Part shown: positions 21,712-31,569 of the stretch, in pieces
Layout of the letters: every line of letters starts with the position of its first letter
Position numbering within the stretch: position 1 is the first letter of the stretch
NCBI GenBank assembly: GCA_963714865.1
Contig: CAVQPR010000001.1
Location: 2,387,560-2,451,559 of the forward strand
Direction of reading: 5' to 3'
Source: an uncultured Actinomycetes bacterium
GTDB lineage: Bacteria; Actinomycetota; UBA4738; HRBIN12
DNA length: 64,000 nucleotides
Made by a program: the position numbers and the translations under genes
Notes under the pieces: model-generated
The model's input: only the letters and a program-made list of their open reading frames with translations
The model's database searches: none
What the model was told of the DNA's origin: nothing

Positions 21712-23240
21712 AGCCGCTGCTGACGGCCGACGAGGCCGCCGCACTCGATCGATCGACCCAAGAGCGCGGCGTCGCGGCTGCGACGCTGATGGAACGAGCA
21801 GGTCGGGCCGTCGCCAGGGCCGCTCTCGATCTTGCGGGAGGCGCCTATGGGCGGCGGGCGCTCGTCGTGGTCGGCAAGGGCAACAACGGGGGGGACGGGC
21901 TCGTGGCCGCGCGCCATCTCGCGCGCTGGGGCATGGGGGTCACCGCGCTGCTTCTCGCCGAGGACGGGCTCCGTGGGCCGGCCTCGGAGCATCATCGTCG
22001 CCTCGTGGCCGAGACCCGCGCAGGGGTCCGGCCGTTCTCCGTCGCGGTGTGCGAGCGTGAGCTCGGCCGGGTCGATGTCGTGATCGATGCCGTGTTCGGG
22101 ACCGGATTCCGTGGGGCGCCCGACGACACCTGGGCCCACGCGATCGACTGCCTCGAGCGGGGCGCGGTGCCCGTGATCGCGGTCGATATCGCGAGCGGTG
22201 TGGACGCAACGACCGGAGCCGTGGAAGGCGCCGCCGTGCACGCGGATATGACGGTCGCGTTCGGCGCTGCGAAGGTCGGCTCGCTCGTCATGCCCGGGGC
22301 GGCATACGCCGGCGACGTTCGCGTCGTGGACATCGGGTTCGCCGACGGGGCGATCGAGGCGACCACCTTCGTGGTTGAGCCGGCCGACATACGGTCGTGG
22401 ATCCCGGCTCGTCCGATCGACACCCACAAGCGCGCCGCCGGCGTGGTCGTGGTCGTCGCCGGCTCCCGGGTGTACACCGGTGCTCCGGTCCTGGTGGCCC
22501 AGGCCGCCGCTCGTATCGGCGCGGGGCTCGTCGTCGTCGCCGCGCCGTTCTCTGCGCTCCCGGCCGTGCAGGCGGCCATGCCGGAGGCCGTGTACGTGCC
22601 GCTCGAGGAAACGCCCGAGGGAACGGTGGCCCCCGAGTCCCTGCCGGCGGTGATCGACGCGCTCGGACGCGCGCACGCGCTCGCCGTAGGTCCGGGCCTC
22701 ACCACCGGCGAGGACGCGGCCTCGTTCGTCCGCAGCCTCGTGCGCTCCTCGCCGGTGCCGGTCGTCGTGGACGCCGATGCCCTCACCGCGTTCACAGGCC
22801 GCGCATCGGATCTGGCCCAGCGTCAGGCCGACGCCGTCCTGACCCCTCACCTGGGTGAGTTCATCCGGGTTGCGGACGACGTCACGCCGGACGACGTCAG
22901 CCGAGATCGCCTCTCGCACGCCCGCGACCTCGCGTCGACGGCTCAGGCGGTCACGTTGTTGAAGGGACCGCGCACGGCGATCGTCGAGCCGGACGGCCGG
23001 GTCGCCATCAACATCACGGGCGGGCCGGTGCTCGCGACCGCGGGGTCGGGCGACGTGCTCACGGGAGCGATCGGCGGGCTGCTGGCTCGGGGGCTCGGTG
23101 CGTTCGAGGCGGCCTGTGCGGGCGCCTACGTGCACGGTCTCGCCGGCACGCTCGCGGGCTTCCCGGCGGAGCCGGGTGTGACGGCCACCGACGTCGCGGA
23201 TCACCTGGGGCCCGCGCTCGACCGGATCGGGGGCACATGA
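21708..23240 (+). CDS. nnr: Bifunctional NAD(P)H-hydrate epimerase / ADP-dependent dehydratase
   Basis: ORF 21708..23240, 510 aa. The YjeF-N part is VVVGKGNNGGDGLVAARHL. The C-terminal carbohydrate-kinase part is HKRAAGVVVVVAGS...GSGDVLTGAIGGLLA. Confidence 0.9.
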   Translation: MKPLLTADEAAALDRSTQERGVAAATLMERAGRAVARAALDLAGGAYGRRALVVVGKGNNGGDGLVAARHLARWGMGVTALLLAEDGLRGPASEHHRRLVAETRAGVRPFSVAVCERELGRVDVVIDAVFGTGFRGAPDDTWAHAIDCLERGAVPVIAVDIASGVDATTGAVEGAAVHADMTVAFGAAKVGSLVMPGAAYAGDVRVVDIGFADGAIEATTFVVEPADIRSWIPARPIDTHKRAAGVVVVVAGSRVYTGAPVLVAQAAARIGAGLVVVAAPFSALPAVQAAMPEAVYVPLEETPEGTVAPESLPAVIDALGRAHALAVGPGLTTGEDAASFVRSLVRSSPVPVVVDADALTAFTGRASDLAQRQADAVLTPHLGEFIRVADDVTPDDVSRDRLSHARDLASTAQAVTLLKGPRTAIVEPDGRVAINITGGPVLATAGSGDVLTGAIGGLLARGLGAFEAACAGAYVHGLAGTLAGFPAEPGVTATDVADHLGPALDRIGGT

Positions 23241-24337
23241 CCGCCGGGCTGCGGCCCACGGTGGTCGAGGTCGATCTCGATGCCGTGCGACACAACGTTG
23301 GCCTCCTTCTGCCCGACGGCGCCGGCCTCATGGCGGTGGTCAAAGCCGACGGCTACGGCCACGGCGCCCCACCTGTGGCCCGTGCCGCCGTCGAGGCGGG
23401 CGCCTCGTGGCTCGGGGTCGCCCTCGTCGAAGAAGGCATCGTTCTGCGAGATGCGGGCATCAGCGACACGCCGATCCTCGTCCTTTCGGAATGCCCACCG
23501 GGAGCCGAGGAACCCGCGCTCGCCGCCGGGCTGACGCCATCGCTGTACTCGGAGGCGGGCCTGCGCCGCCTCGTCGCGGTGACGCACGGGCGTCCGCAGC
23601 GTGTGCACGTCAAGGTCGATACGGGGATGGGGCGCGTCGGGATGCCGGCGGACGCCGTCGTCGGGTTCCTCGACAAGGTCCGGAGCCACGGCCTCACTCT
23701 CGAGGCGATGTGGACGCACTTCGCCCGAGCCGACGAGCCCGTCTCGACGACATCGGAGCAGCTCCTTCGATTCAGGGAGGCGGTCGATGCCGCCGGCAAG
23801 GCCGGGCACGAGCCCACCCTCCTGCACGCCGCGAACACGGCAGCGACGATCGATCACCCACAGACACATCTCGATCTCGTGCGCCCCGGGATCGGCCTGT
23901 ACGGGATCGAGCCGGCGCCCGGGATCGGCGGCGGGCTCGGGCTACGGCCGGCGCTGACGTGGCGATCCCGGGTCGCCTTCGTCAAGCGGGTGGTCGCCGG
24001 AACCCCCGTCTCGTACGGACACACCTACGCCCCCCGCACCGACTCGTGGTTCGCGACCGTACCGGTGGGGTACGCCGACGGCTACCCTCGCGGCGTGTCA
24101 TCCCGCGCGGAGGTGTTGATCCGGGGCGCGCGCCATCGCGTCGCCGGGATCGTCACGATGGATCAGACGATCGTGGACTGCGGCGACGTAGCCATCGAGG
24201 CGGGGGACGACGTCGTGCTCATCGGTGAGCAGGGCGGCGAGCGGATCTCGGCGGACGAGCTCGGCTCGCATGCGGGGACGATCGGCTACGAGATCGTGAC
24301 GAGGATCGGACCTCGCGTGCCCCGGGAGTATCCATGA
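23237..24337 (+). CDS. alr: Alanine racemase
   Basis: ORF 23237..24337. AVVKADGYGHGA (PLP lysine motif)...VPVGYADGYPR...GIVTMDQ. Confidence 0.93.
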   Translation: MTAGLRPTVVEVDLDAVRHNVGLLLPDGAGLMAVVKADGYGHGAPPVARAAVEAGASWLGVALVEEGIVLRDAGISDTPILVLSECPPGAEEPALAAGLTPSLYSEAGLRRLVAVTHGRPQRVHVKVDTGMGRVGMPADAVVGFLDKVRSHGLTLEAMWTHFARADEPVSTTSEQLLRFREAVDAAGKAGHEPTLLHAANTAATIDHPQTHLDLVRPGIGLYGIEPAPGIGGGLGLRPALTWRSRVAFVKRVVAGTPVSYGHTYAPRTDSWFATVPVGYADGYPRGVSSRAEVLIRGARHRVAGIVTMDQTIVDCGDVAIEAGDDVVLIGEQGGERISADELGSHAGTIGYEIVTRIGPRVPREYP

Positions 24338-25395
24338 GCAACCGGAGGACGGCCGCCATCGCAGGTGGAGTCGCGGCGGGCGTCGTGGTGGCCGGAGCCG
24401 TCGGGCGCTCGGTGGTGCGGCGCCGCCACCTGGGTGACGACGCGGCGCACTGGTCGCCGCCTCCCGACGACCTCGGCCCCGTGGTTTCGTTCGACGGGAC
24501 CGAGATCGCCGTCAGGGCAGCAGGCCCCGCGGATGCACCCGTCGTGCTGTTCAGCCACGGCTTCAGCCTCGACATGTCGACCTGGCATCAGCAGTGGATC
24601 GAGCTGTCGGGAGAGTTCCGGTGCGTGCTGATGGATCATCGAGGCCATGGCCTCAGCGGGCAACCGGCGCACGGAGACCTGTCGATCCGCTCGATGGGGC
24701 GCGACGTCGCGGCGGTCGTCGAGGCGGTGACCGCCGATCGCCCGGGCGTGGTCGTCGGGCATAGCATGGGGGCCATGGCCGTCCTCGCGCTGGCCGAGCA
24801 GCGCCGGGAGCTGCTGGGTTCCCGCGTGACGGGGGTGGTGCTGGTGAGCGGCGCGGCGTCCGACCTCTTGCGTGGCGCGATGGGGTCGATCACGGATCTC
24901 GTGCGGCCGAGGATCGGTGGGATCGGCGGCGCCGCCCGCCGGATGGATCGGCTGCGCAGGGTGATCCTCGCCGCGCCCGCCGACGTGCGCGGTCTGGTCG
25001 TCCGGCTCACGCAGCTCGGTCCGGACGCTCCTCAGCCGGTGGTCGACCACGTGGTGCGCCTGGCCGAGCAGGCGTCGTCGCAGGTGTGGACCGACGGGCT
25101 CGCGGAGCTGATGGACATGGACCTGCGGCACGCGGTGCCGCGGATCCGGGTTCCGGCCCTCGTGGTGGTTGGGGAGCACGACCGCGTGACGCCGCCCGGC
25201 GTCGCGATCGAGCTCACGGGCCGGCTCCCCGAGGGTCGCCTCGACGTGATCCAGGGCGCCGGGCACCTGCCCATGCTTGAGCGACCGGCCGACGTGAATC
25301 GTGCGATCGCCGCGTTCGCACGCTCCGTGCTGTCGGCCGCTCCCGTGCCCGCGCGCACGCAGCGGGCCCGACCCGCGAAGAGGTCGTCGTCGTGA
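24334..25395 (+). CDS. Alpha/beta-fold hydrolase with an N-terminal membrane anchor
   Basis: ORF 24334..25395. AAIAGGVAAGVVVAGAVG is a TM segment. HGFSLD...VVVGHSMGAMA is the nucleophile elbow. ...GAGHLPMLERP. Confidence 0.8.
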   Translation: MSNRRTAAIAGGVAAGVVVAGAVGRSVVRRRHLGDDAAHWSPPPDDLGPVVSFDGTEIAVRAAGPADAPVVLFSHGFSLDMSTWHQQWIELSGEFRCVLMDHRGHGLSGQPAHGDLSIRSMGRDVAAVVEAVTADRPGVVVGHSMGAMAVLALAEQRRELLGSRVTGVVLVSGAASDLLRGAMGSITDLVRPRIGGIGGAARRMDRLRRVILAAPADVRGLVVRLTQLGPDAPQPVVDHVVRLAEQASSQVWTDGLAELMDMDLRHAVPRIRVPALVVVGEHDRVTPPGVAIELTGRLPEGRLDVIQGAGHLPMLERPADVNRAIAAFARSVLSAAPVPARTQRARPAKRSSS

Positions 25396-26087
25396 CCAGG
25401 ACGCTCAGCGTCGTGGCCGCCGAGGCGGCCGGATGCACCAAGTGTCGCCTCGCCGCCGGAAGGACCCAGGTGGTGTTCGGATCGGGGGCCCCCGACGCCG
25501 ATCTGCTCTTCATCGGCGAGGGGCCTGGAGTGCATGAGGACCGGCAGGGTGTGCCGTTCGTGGGGGCCGCCGGCAAGTTGCTCGAGCGCATGCTCGGCGA
25601 GATCGGCCTCGCACGCGACGACGTGTACATCGCCAACGTGGTGAAGTGCCGCCCACCTGGGAACCGAGACCCTCAGCCCGATGAGATCGATGCATGCACC
25701 CCGTGGCTCGTCGAACAGATCTCGATGATCCAGCCCTCGGTGATCGTGACGCTCGGCAACTTCGCCACCAAGTTCGTGCTCGACACGACGACCGGGATCA
25801 CGCGACTCCGCGGTCAGATCCACCACTGGCACGGCCGCACGGTCATCCCCACCTTCCATCCGGCGGCGATCCTGCACGGAGGCGGAGAGCGGTCGCCGCA
25901 GTTCTCCGCCCTCCGGGAGGACTTCGGGCTGGTGCGCCGCACGCTGGAGGGGATCGCCGAACCCGTGGCCCCGACGGAACCCAATGCTCCGCCACCGGCC
26001 GGCGTCGCTCCCGGGCAGGTGGAGCGAGTGATCCCCGGTGTCCCGGACGATGTGCGTCCCGATCCGGATCAGATGGAGCTGTTCTAG
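25392..26087 (+). CDS. udg: Uracil-DNA glycosylase, family 4 (Fe-S type)
   Basis: ORF 25392..26087. CTKCRLAAGRTQVVFGSG...FIGEGPGVHEDRQGVPFVGAAGKLL...VKCRPPGNRDP...HPAAIL. Confidence 0.88.
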   Translation: MTRTLSVVAAEAAGCTKCRLAAGRTQVVFGSGAPDADLLFIGEGPGVHEDRQGVPFVGAAGKLLERMLGEIGLARDDVYIANVVKCRPPGNRDPQPDEIDACTPWLVEQISMIQPSVIVTLGNFATKFVLDTTTGITRLRGQIHHWHGRTVIPTFHPAAILHGGGERSPQFSALREDFGLVRRTLEGIAEPVAPTEPNAPPPAGVAPGQVERVIPGVPDDVRPDPDQMELF

Positions 26088-26588
26088 ATGGAGGCGGTGA
26101 GGCTGCGCTCCCGAAGCGCGGCGGACACCCAGGAGATCGGCGATGCGCTGGGACGGCTCCTTGAGCCGGGCGATGCGGTGATCCTTACGGGTGAGCTGGG
26201 CGCCGGCAAGACCACGCTCACCCAAGGGATCGCGTGCGGCGCCGGTGTGCCCGATCAGGTGTCGTCGCCGACGTTCGTGCTGGTCAAGGAGTACGTCGGC
26301 CGTGTCACGATCGCCCACGTCGACGTGTATCGACTGGCCCGCGTGCAAGACGTCGTCGACCTGGCGCTCGACGAGATCGGCGACGGCGAGGCCGTGCTCG
26401 TCGTCGAGTGGGGCGATGCGGTCGAGCAGCTGCTGCCGGCCGACCGGCTGCGTGTGGAGCTCGTCGGCGAGGATCCGGCGGGGATCGACGACGCCCGACT
26501 GATCCGGATCGAAGCCACCGGTGCGTCGTGGCATGGTCGTTTCACGACGCTCCGGACCGACACGGAGCCATGGAGCCTCCGCTCGTGA
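26088..26588 (+). CDS. tsaE: tRNA t6A37 biosynthesis ATPase TsaE
   Basis: ORF 26088..26588. VILTGELGAGKTTLTQGIA...SPTFVLVKEY...HVDVYRL. Confidence 0.9.
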   Translation: MEAVRLRSRSAADTQEIGDALGRLLEPGDAVILTGELGAGKTTLTQGIACGAGVPDQVSSPTFVLVKEYVGRVTIAHVDVYRLARVQDVVDLALDEIGDGEAVLVVEWGDAVEQLLPADRLRVELVGEDPAGIDDARLIRIEATGASWHGRFTTLRTDTEPWSLRS

Positions 26589-27292
26589 TCGTCGTGGGCA
26601 TCGAGACGTCGACAGCGCGTACGAGCGTGGCGATCGGGAGCGAACACGGGACCACGGCGTCCGTGTCCGTGGGTGGTCGGGCCCGTCAGGAATCGGTCAC
26701 CCCCGCGCTAGAGCACCTCTTGCGATGGAGCGGTACCGAGCTGTCGCAGGTCGGCGGGATCGCGGTTGGCATCGGTCCCGGCCTGTTCACCGGGCTTCGG
26801 GTCGGTGTGCAGTCGGCCAAGACACTCGCCCAGGTCCTGCGCGTGCCGATCGTGGGTCTCGTCGGGCTCGACGCGCTGGCCTACTCCGTCAGATTCACCC
26901 CCCGGCGCATCCTGGCGGCGATCGACGGACGCCGCGGCGAGGTCTTCTACGCGTTCTACCGGGCCGTTCCCGGCGGAGTCGTCCGCGACTCGGAGTACCT
27001 CGTCGCCCGCCCCGACCACCTCGTCGGTGAACTCCAAGCGGCGGGCGACGAGGTGCTGGCGGTGGGGGACGGTGCCATGCTGTATCGCCATGAACTCGAT
27101 TCGCTCGGCAGCCGCGTGGAGCTCGCCACGCCCGTGCACGCCCACCCGGAGGCGGCGGTGCTGGTCGAATTGGCCGTTCCGAGGTTCGTCCGCGAGGAGC
27201 ACGACACCCTGGCAGACGTCGTGCCCCTGTATCTGAGGAGGTCGGATGCTGAGATCGCGTGGGACCAGCGATCCCGCGGCGCACCGGCTTGA
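26570..27292 (+). CDS. tsaB: tRNA t6A37 biosynthesis protein TsaB
   Basis: ATG 26570 within ORF 26234..27292. VVGIETSTARTSVAIG...IAVGIGPGLFTGLRVGVQSAKTLA. Confidence 0.88.
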   Translation: MEPPLVIVVGIETSTARTSVAIGSEHGTTASVSVGGRARQESVTPALEHLLRWSGTELSQVGGIAVGIGPGLFTGLRVGVQSAKTLAQVLRVPIVGLVGLDALAYSVRFTPRRILAAIDGRRGEVFYAFYRAVPGGVVRDSEYLVARPDHLVGELQAAGDEVLAVGDGAMLYRHELDSLGSRVELATPVHAHPEAAVLVELAVPRFVREEHDTLADVVPLYLRRSDAEIAWDQRSRGAPA

Positions 27293-27302
27293 GATCGGCC
27301 GT

Positions 27303-27797
27303 ATGCGGCGCCGGCACCTGCGCGGGGTGATGGCGATCGAGCGCCAGGTCTATGCCCGCCCCTGGAGCCCGGCCCTGTTCACCGCCGAGATGTACGAGCT
27401 CAACAACCGCTGCTACCTGGTGGCCCGATACGACAAGGTGGTGGTCGGCTACGCCGGCCTCATCTGCTACGGCGACGAGGCGCACGTGACGAACGTCGCC
27501 GTCGATCCGCAGCACCATCGCCGCCATGTGGGGACCCGCCTGATGCTCGAGCAGATGCGGCAGGCCGTCGAGATGGGGGCCCGGGCCGTGTCCCTCGAAG
27601 TGCGCGTGACGAACTGGGGCGCCCAGCGGATGTACGGGCGCTTCGGGTTCCGGCCCGTGGGGATCCGCCGCAACTACTACCAGGAGATCCACGAGGACGC
27701 GCTCATCATGTGGACCGACGACGTCCGGACCCCCGACTATCGCCTTCGGCTCGCCGCGATCGAGGATTCTTTCCCCGAGTTACCGGAGCCGCGGTGA
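27303..27797 (+). CDS. rimI: Ribosomal-protein-alanine N-acetyltransferase (GNAT)
   Basis: Within ORF 27246..27797, ATG 27303. IERQVYARPWS...VAVDPQHHRRHVGTRLM...EVRVTNWGAQRMYGRFGF. It lies between tsaB and tsaD. Confidence 0.82.
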   Translation: MRRRHLRGVMAIERQVYARPWSPALFTAEMYELNNRCYLVARYDKVVVGYAGLICYGDEAHVTNVAVDPQHHRRHVGTRLMLEQMRQAVEMGARAVSLEVRVTNWGAQRMYGRFGFRPVGIRRNYYQEIHEDALIMWTDDVRTPDYRLRLAAIEDSFPELPEPR

Positions 27798-28801
27798 TCA
27801 CCCTCGGGATCGAGACGTCCTGCGACGAGACGGCGGTGGCGGTCGTCGAGGGCGGTTTCGAGGTCCGCTCCAACATGATCGCGTCGCAGGTGCACCTGCA
27901 CGAGCGATTCGGAGGCGTCGTCCCAGAGGTAGCGGCTCGCGCTCACGTTGAGGCGCTTACCCCGCTGCTCGAGGAGTCGCTCGAGTCGGCCGGCGTAGGC
28001 TTCGGCGATCTCGACCACGTCGCGGTGACGGTCGGCCCCGGTCTCGTGGGCGCGCTCTTGGTCGGCATGGCCGCCGCGAAGTCGGTGTCGCTGGCGACCG
28101 GGGCCACGCTCGTTGGCGTGAACCACCTCGAGGGTCACGTGTGGGCCAACTTCCTGGTTCACGGGCCGCCCGACCCCCCGTACGTCGCGCTCATCGTCAG
28201 CGGCGGACACACGATGCTCGTGCACATCCCTCAGGCGCACCGACATGAGGTCCTGGGGCAGACCCTCGACGATGCAGCGGGGGAGGCGTTCGACAAGGTG
28301 GCGCGCCTGCTCGGACTCGGGTTCCCGGGCGGCCCCGCCCTCGACCGGATGTCGGTCGATGGTGACCCGCACGCGATCGAGTTCCCGCGGGCCATGGCGG
28401 ACTCGGGTGACCTGGACTTCTCGTTGAGCGGCCTGAAGACCGCCGTCCTGCGGTACGTGAAACGCGAGCGGGCCGAGGGCCGCGACCTCGACCTGCCGGA
28501 CCTCGCCGCGAGCTTCCAGGAGGCGATCGTCGACGTTCAGGTGACCAAGACGCTCGAGGCCGCCCGCCGATCGGGTGTGGACACCGTCCTGATGGGCGGT
28601 GGCGTGGTGGCCAACACCCGCCTGCGCGAGCGCCTCGCCGCGGATGGACGGGCAGCCGGTCTACGAGTGCTGTTCCCTCCCCTGGATCTGTGCACCGACA
28701 ACGCCGCGATGATCGCGTGCGTGGGTGCCGCCAGGGCCGCACGAGGGGAATGCACGCCGTTCGACATCGGCGCCGACCCGCAGCTAAGGTTGACCTCGTG
28801 A
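27794..28801 (+). CDS. tsaD: tRNA N6-adenosine threonylcarbamoyltransferase TsaD
   Basis: GTG 27794 (GTGA overlap with the rimI stop). ITLGIETSCDETAVAVV...VSGGHT...DDAAGEAFDKVARLLGLGFPGGP...GGGVVAN. Confidence 0.94.
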   Translation: MITLGIETSCDETAVAVVEGGFEVRSNMIASQVHLHERFGGVVPEVAARAHVEALTPLLEESLESAGVGFGDLDHVAVTVGPGLVGALLVGMAAAKSVSLATGATLVGVNHLEGHVWANFLVHGPPDPPYVALIVSGGHTMLVHIPQAHRHEVLGQTLDDAAGEAFDKVARLLGLGFPGGPALDRMSVDGDPHAIEFPRAMADSGDLDFSLSGLKTAVLRYVKRERAEGRDLDLPDLAASFQEAIVDVQVTKTLEAARRSGVDTVLMGGGVVANTRLRERLAADGRAAGLRVLFPPLDLCTDNAAMIACVGAARAARGECTPFDIGADPQLRLTS

Positions 28802-29742
28802 GCACGGTCCTGGTGACCGGGGGCGCCGGGTTCATCGGTTCGCACCTCGCCGACCGGCTCCTTGCCGAGGGGCACCGAGTGATCAGCGTCGACGACCTGG
28901 CCACCGGGCGCATCGCCAACCTCGCCGAGGCGCGTGGCTACGGCAAGGAGTTCACGTTCTTCAACATGGACGTGCGCGCCGACGGGCTGCTCCCCCTATT
29001 CGAGCGGCATCGGCCCGAGGTGGTCTTCCACCTCGCGGCCCAGTCGGGCGTTCGCCCCTCCCTCGACGACCCCGTCCACGACGCGAGCGTCAACGTGATG
29101 GGGTCCCTCAACGTGTTGGAGTGCGCCGCACGCGTGGAGACGCGCAAGGTCGTGTACGCCGCGAGCGGCGGCACGTTGTACGGAGAGCCGAAGCGCCTGC
29201 CCGCGAAGGAGACGACGGCTCAGGGTTCGCGTCCGTCCTCCCCGTACGGGATCTCGAAGAAGTTGGTCTTGGACTACCTCGGTTTCTACGAGCGCTACCG
29301 TGGGGTCGACTTCACGGCGCTCTCGCTCGGCAACGTCTACGGGCCGCGCCAGGACCCCAGCGGTGAGGCGGGCGTGATCGCGATCTTCGCCCAGCGCATG
29401 CTGGCGGGCGACCCGGTGACGATCTTCGGCGATGGGAACCAAACCCGCGACTACGTGTTCATCGACGACGCCGTGCACGCGTTCGTGCAGTCGCTGGAGC
29501 GGGGCTCCGGCAAGCTCGTCAACATCGGCACCGGGCTCGAATCGAGCGTGAACCACGTGTTCAAGTTGCTGGTCGATCTCACCGGCTACGAGGCCGAGCC
29601 CGAGCATGGTCCCCTGCCGCCCGGTGAGCTCCGGCGGATCGCCCTCGACATCTCCCGGGCCTCGAGCGCGATCGCCTGGAAGCCGTGGACGCACCTCGAG
29701 GACGGTCTCGCGGAAACGGTGGCCTTCATGAAGGGCGTGTGA
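28798..29742 (+). CDS. NAD-dependent epimerase/dehydratase (UDP-sugar 4-epimerase-like SDR)
   Basis: GTG 28798 (GTGA overlap with the tsaD stop). VLVTGGAGFIGSHLADRL...SPYGISKK...GDGNQTRDYVFIDD. Confidence 0.85.
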   Translation: MSTVLVTGGAGFIGSHLADRLLAEGHRVISVDDLATGRIANLAEARGYGKEFTFFNMDVRADGLLPLFERHRPEVVFHLAAQSGVRPSLDDPVHDASVNVMGSLNVLECAARVETRKVVYAASGGTLYGEPKRLPAKETTAQGSRPSSPYGISKKLVLDYLGFYERYRGVDFTALSLGNVYGPRQDPSGEAGVIAIFAQRMLAGDPVTIFGDGNQTRDYVFIDDAVHAFVQSLERGSGKLVNIGTGLESSVNHVFKLLVDLTGYEAEPEHGPLPPGELRRIALDISRASSAIAWKPWTHLEDGLAETVAFMKGV

Positions 29743-30113
29743 CCGTGGATGCACCGCTCACGCCCGGGTCCACCTTCGCCCGGTCGGGCGTCGATGTCCC
29801 GCTGCGGCCGGTGGCCTTGGATCCGTCGCAGGTCGTCGAAGGAGCCCCGCGGGTGTCCGAGGCGGTGCTCTGGGAGTCCGAGGACGGGACCATCGTGCGT
29901 GGGATCTGGCGGATCACGACCGGGGTCGTCACCGACGTCGAGGAGGACGAGATGTTCGTCGTCCTCGAGGGTCGCGCCACCGTCCAGATCGAGGGCGCCG
30001 CCACGCTGGAGCTGGCGCCCGGTACCGTCGCGGTGCTCGCCCGCGGCGCACGTACGACCTGGACGATCCACGAGCCGGTCCGCAAGGTGTTCCAGATCTC
30101 CCTGCCAGACTGA
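29739..30113 (+). CDS. Cupin-fold protein (DUF861/cupin_3-like)
   Basis: GTG 29739 or 29745 within ORF 29685..30113. GIWRITTGVVTDVEEDEMFVVLEGRATVQIEG...LELAPGTVAVLARGARTTWTIHEPVRKVF. Confidence 0.7.
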   Translation: MTVDAPLTPGSTFARSGVDVPLRPVALDPSQVVEGAPRVSEAVLWESEDGTIVRGIWRITTGVVTDVEEDEMFVVLEGRATVQIEGAATLELAPGTVAVLARGARTTWTIHEPVRKVFQISLPD

Positions 30114-30117
30114 TCGA

Positions 30118-31518
30118 ATGCCCTCCTCCTTCGCTCACACCTACGCCGATGCATCGACGACCCCGTATTGGCTCGATCATCCCGACGCGCCCGAGGCCGG
30201 CGTGCCGCTGGAGGGCCACGCGGAGGCCGATCTCGCGATCGTCGGTGGAGGGTTCACGGGACTGTGGGCCGCGGTGCAGGCGAAGGAGGAGGACCCGGCG
30301 CGCGAGGTCGTCCTGCTCGAGCAGGACTCCCTGGCGTTCGGGGCGACCGGGCGCAACGGAGGCTTCTGCGACGCGACCCTGACGCACGGCCTCCACAACG
30401 GGATCGCTCGATTCCCCGACGAGATCGCCCGCATCGAGGCGCTGGCGAGCGAGAGCTTCCGGGGCCTGGCCGAGACCGTGGAGCGGTACGGCATCGACTG
30501 TGACTGGCGCACCGACGGCGAGATGATGGTCGCCCGGGCGCCCCACGAGATCCAGTGGTGCCGGGAGTCGGTGGAGCTCCAGCGGCGCCACGGCCACTCG
30601 GCGCGGTTCCTCGATCTGGACGAGGTGCGGGCCGAGGTGGACTCGCCGACCTACCTCGCCGGGTACTGGAGGACCGGAGACAGCGCGTTGGTGGATCCGG
30701 CGCGCCTGGCGTGGGGGCTCGCCCGCGTGGCTCGCGAGCTGGGGGTCACGATCTACGAGGGCACCGAGGTGACGGAGCCTCGCCTCGTCGGCAGCGCACT
30801 CGATCTGGTCACGCCGAACGGCCGGGTGCGGGCGCCGAAGGTCCTCCTGGCGACCAATGCGTTCCCGCCGATCGTGCGTGCGATCAAGCGGTATGTCCTG
30901 CCTGTGTACGACCACGTGCTCATGACCGAGCCCCTGAGCGGCGACCAGATGGCGTCCGTCGGATGGGCGAATCGTCAAGGGATGGCCGACCTCACGAACC
31001 AGTTCCACTACTACCGACTGAGCGCCGACGATCGGATCCTGTGGGGCGGCTACGACGCCGTCTACCACTGGCGCAACGGCGTGCGCCCGGAGCTCGAGCA
31101 GCGAACCGAGACGTTCGAGCTGCTGGCGGGCCAGTTCTTCGAGACGTTCCCTCAGCTCGAGGGCCTGCGCTTCTCGCACAAGTGGGGCGGGGCGATCGAC
31201 ACCTGCAGTCGGTTCAGCGTGATGTTCGGCACCGCCTACGACGGCCGGATGGCGTACGCGGTGGGTTACACGGGGATGGGGGTGGGGGCGACCCGATTCG
31301 GGGCTCGCACGGCGCTCGACATCCTCGACGGGCGCGACACGGCGAGGACCAGGCTGCGGCTCGTGCGATCCAAGCCCGTCCCGTTCCCACCCGAGCCGCT
31401 GCGCTGGGCGGGGGTGCAGCTCACGCGGCGGGCGCTCGCTCGCGCCGACCGGCGACAGGGACGCCGAGGTCCCTGGCTCAGGGTGCTGGACTGGTTCGGC
31501 CTCGGCTTCGACAGCTGA
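30118..31518 (+). CDS. FAD-dependent oxidoreductase (DAO family)
   Basis: ATG 30118 within ORF 29749..31518. DLAIVGGGFTGLWAAVQAKE...GATGRNGGF... Confidence 0.85.
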   Translation: MPSSFAHTYADASTTPYWLDHPDAPEAGVPLEGHAEADLAIVGGGFTGLWAAVQAKEEDPAREVVLLEQDSLAFGATGRNGGFCDATLTHGLHNGIARFPDEIARIEALASESFRGLAETVERYGIDCDWRTDGEMMVARAPHEIQWCRESVELQRRHGHSARFLDLDEVRAEVDSPTYLAGYWRTGDSALVDPARLAWGLARVARELGVTIYEGTEVTEPRLVGSALDLVTPNGRVRAPKVLLATNAFPPIVRAIKRYVLPVYDHVLMTEPLSGDQMASVGWANRQGMADLTNQFHYYRLSADDRILWGGYDAVYHWRNGVRPELEQRTETFELLAGQFFETFPQLEGLRFSHKWGGAIDTCSRFSVMFGTAYDGRMAYAVGYTGMGVGATRFGARTALDILDGRDTARTRLRLVRSKPVPFPPEPLRWAGVQLTRRALARADRRQGRRGPWLRVLDWFGLGFDS

Positions 31519-31569
31519 CCTTGGGCACGCGCGAGGGGGCGTTCGCCGCCCCCTCGCATGCGAGCTGCC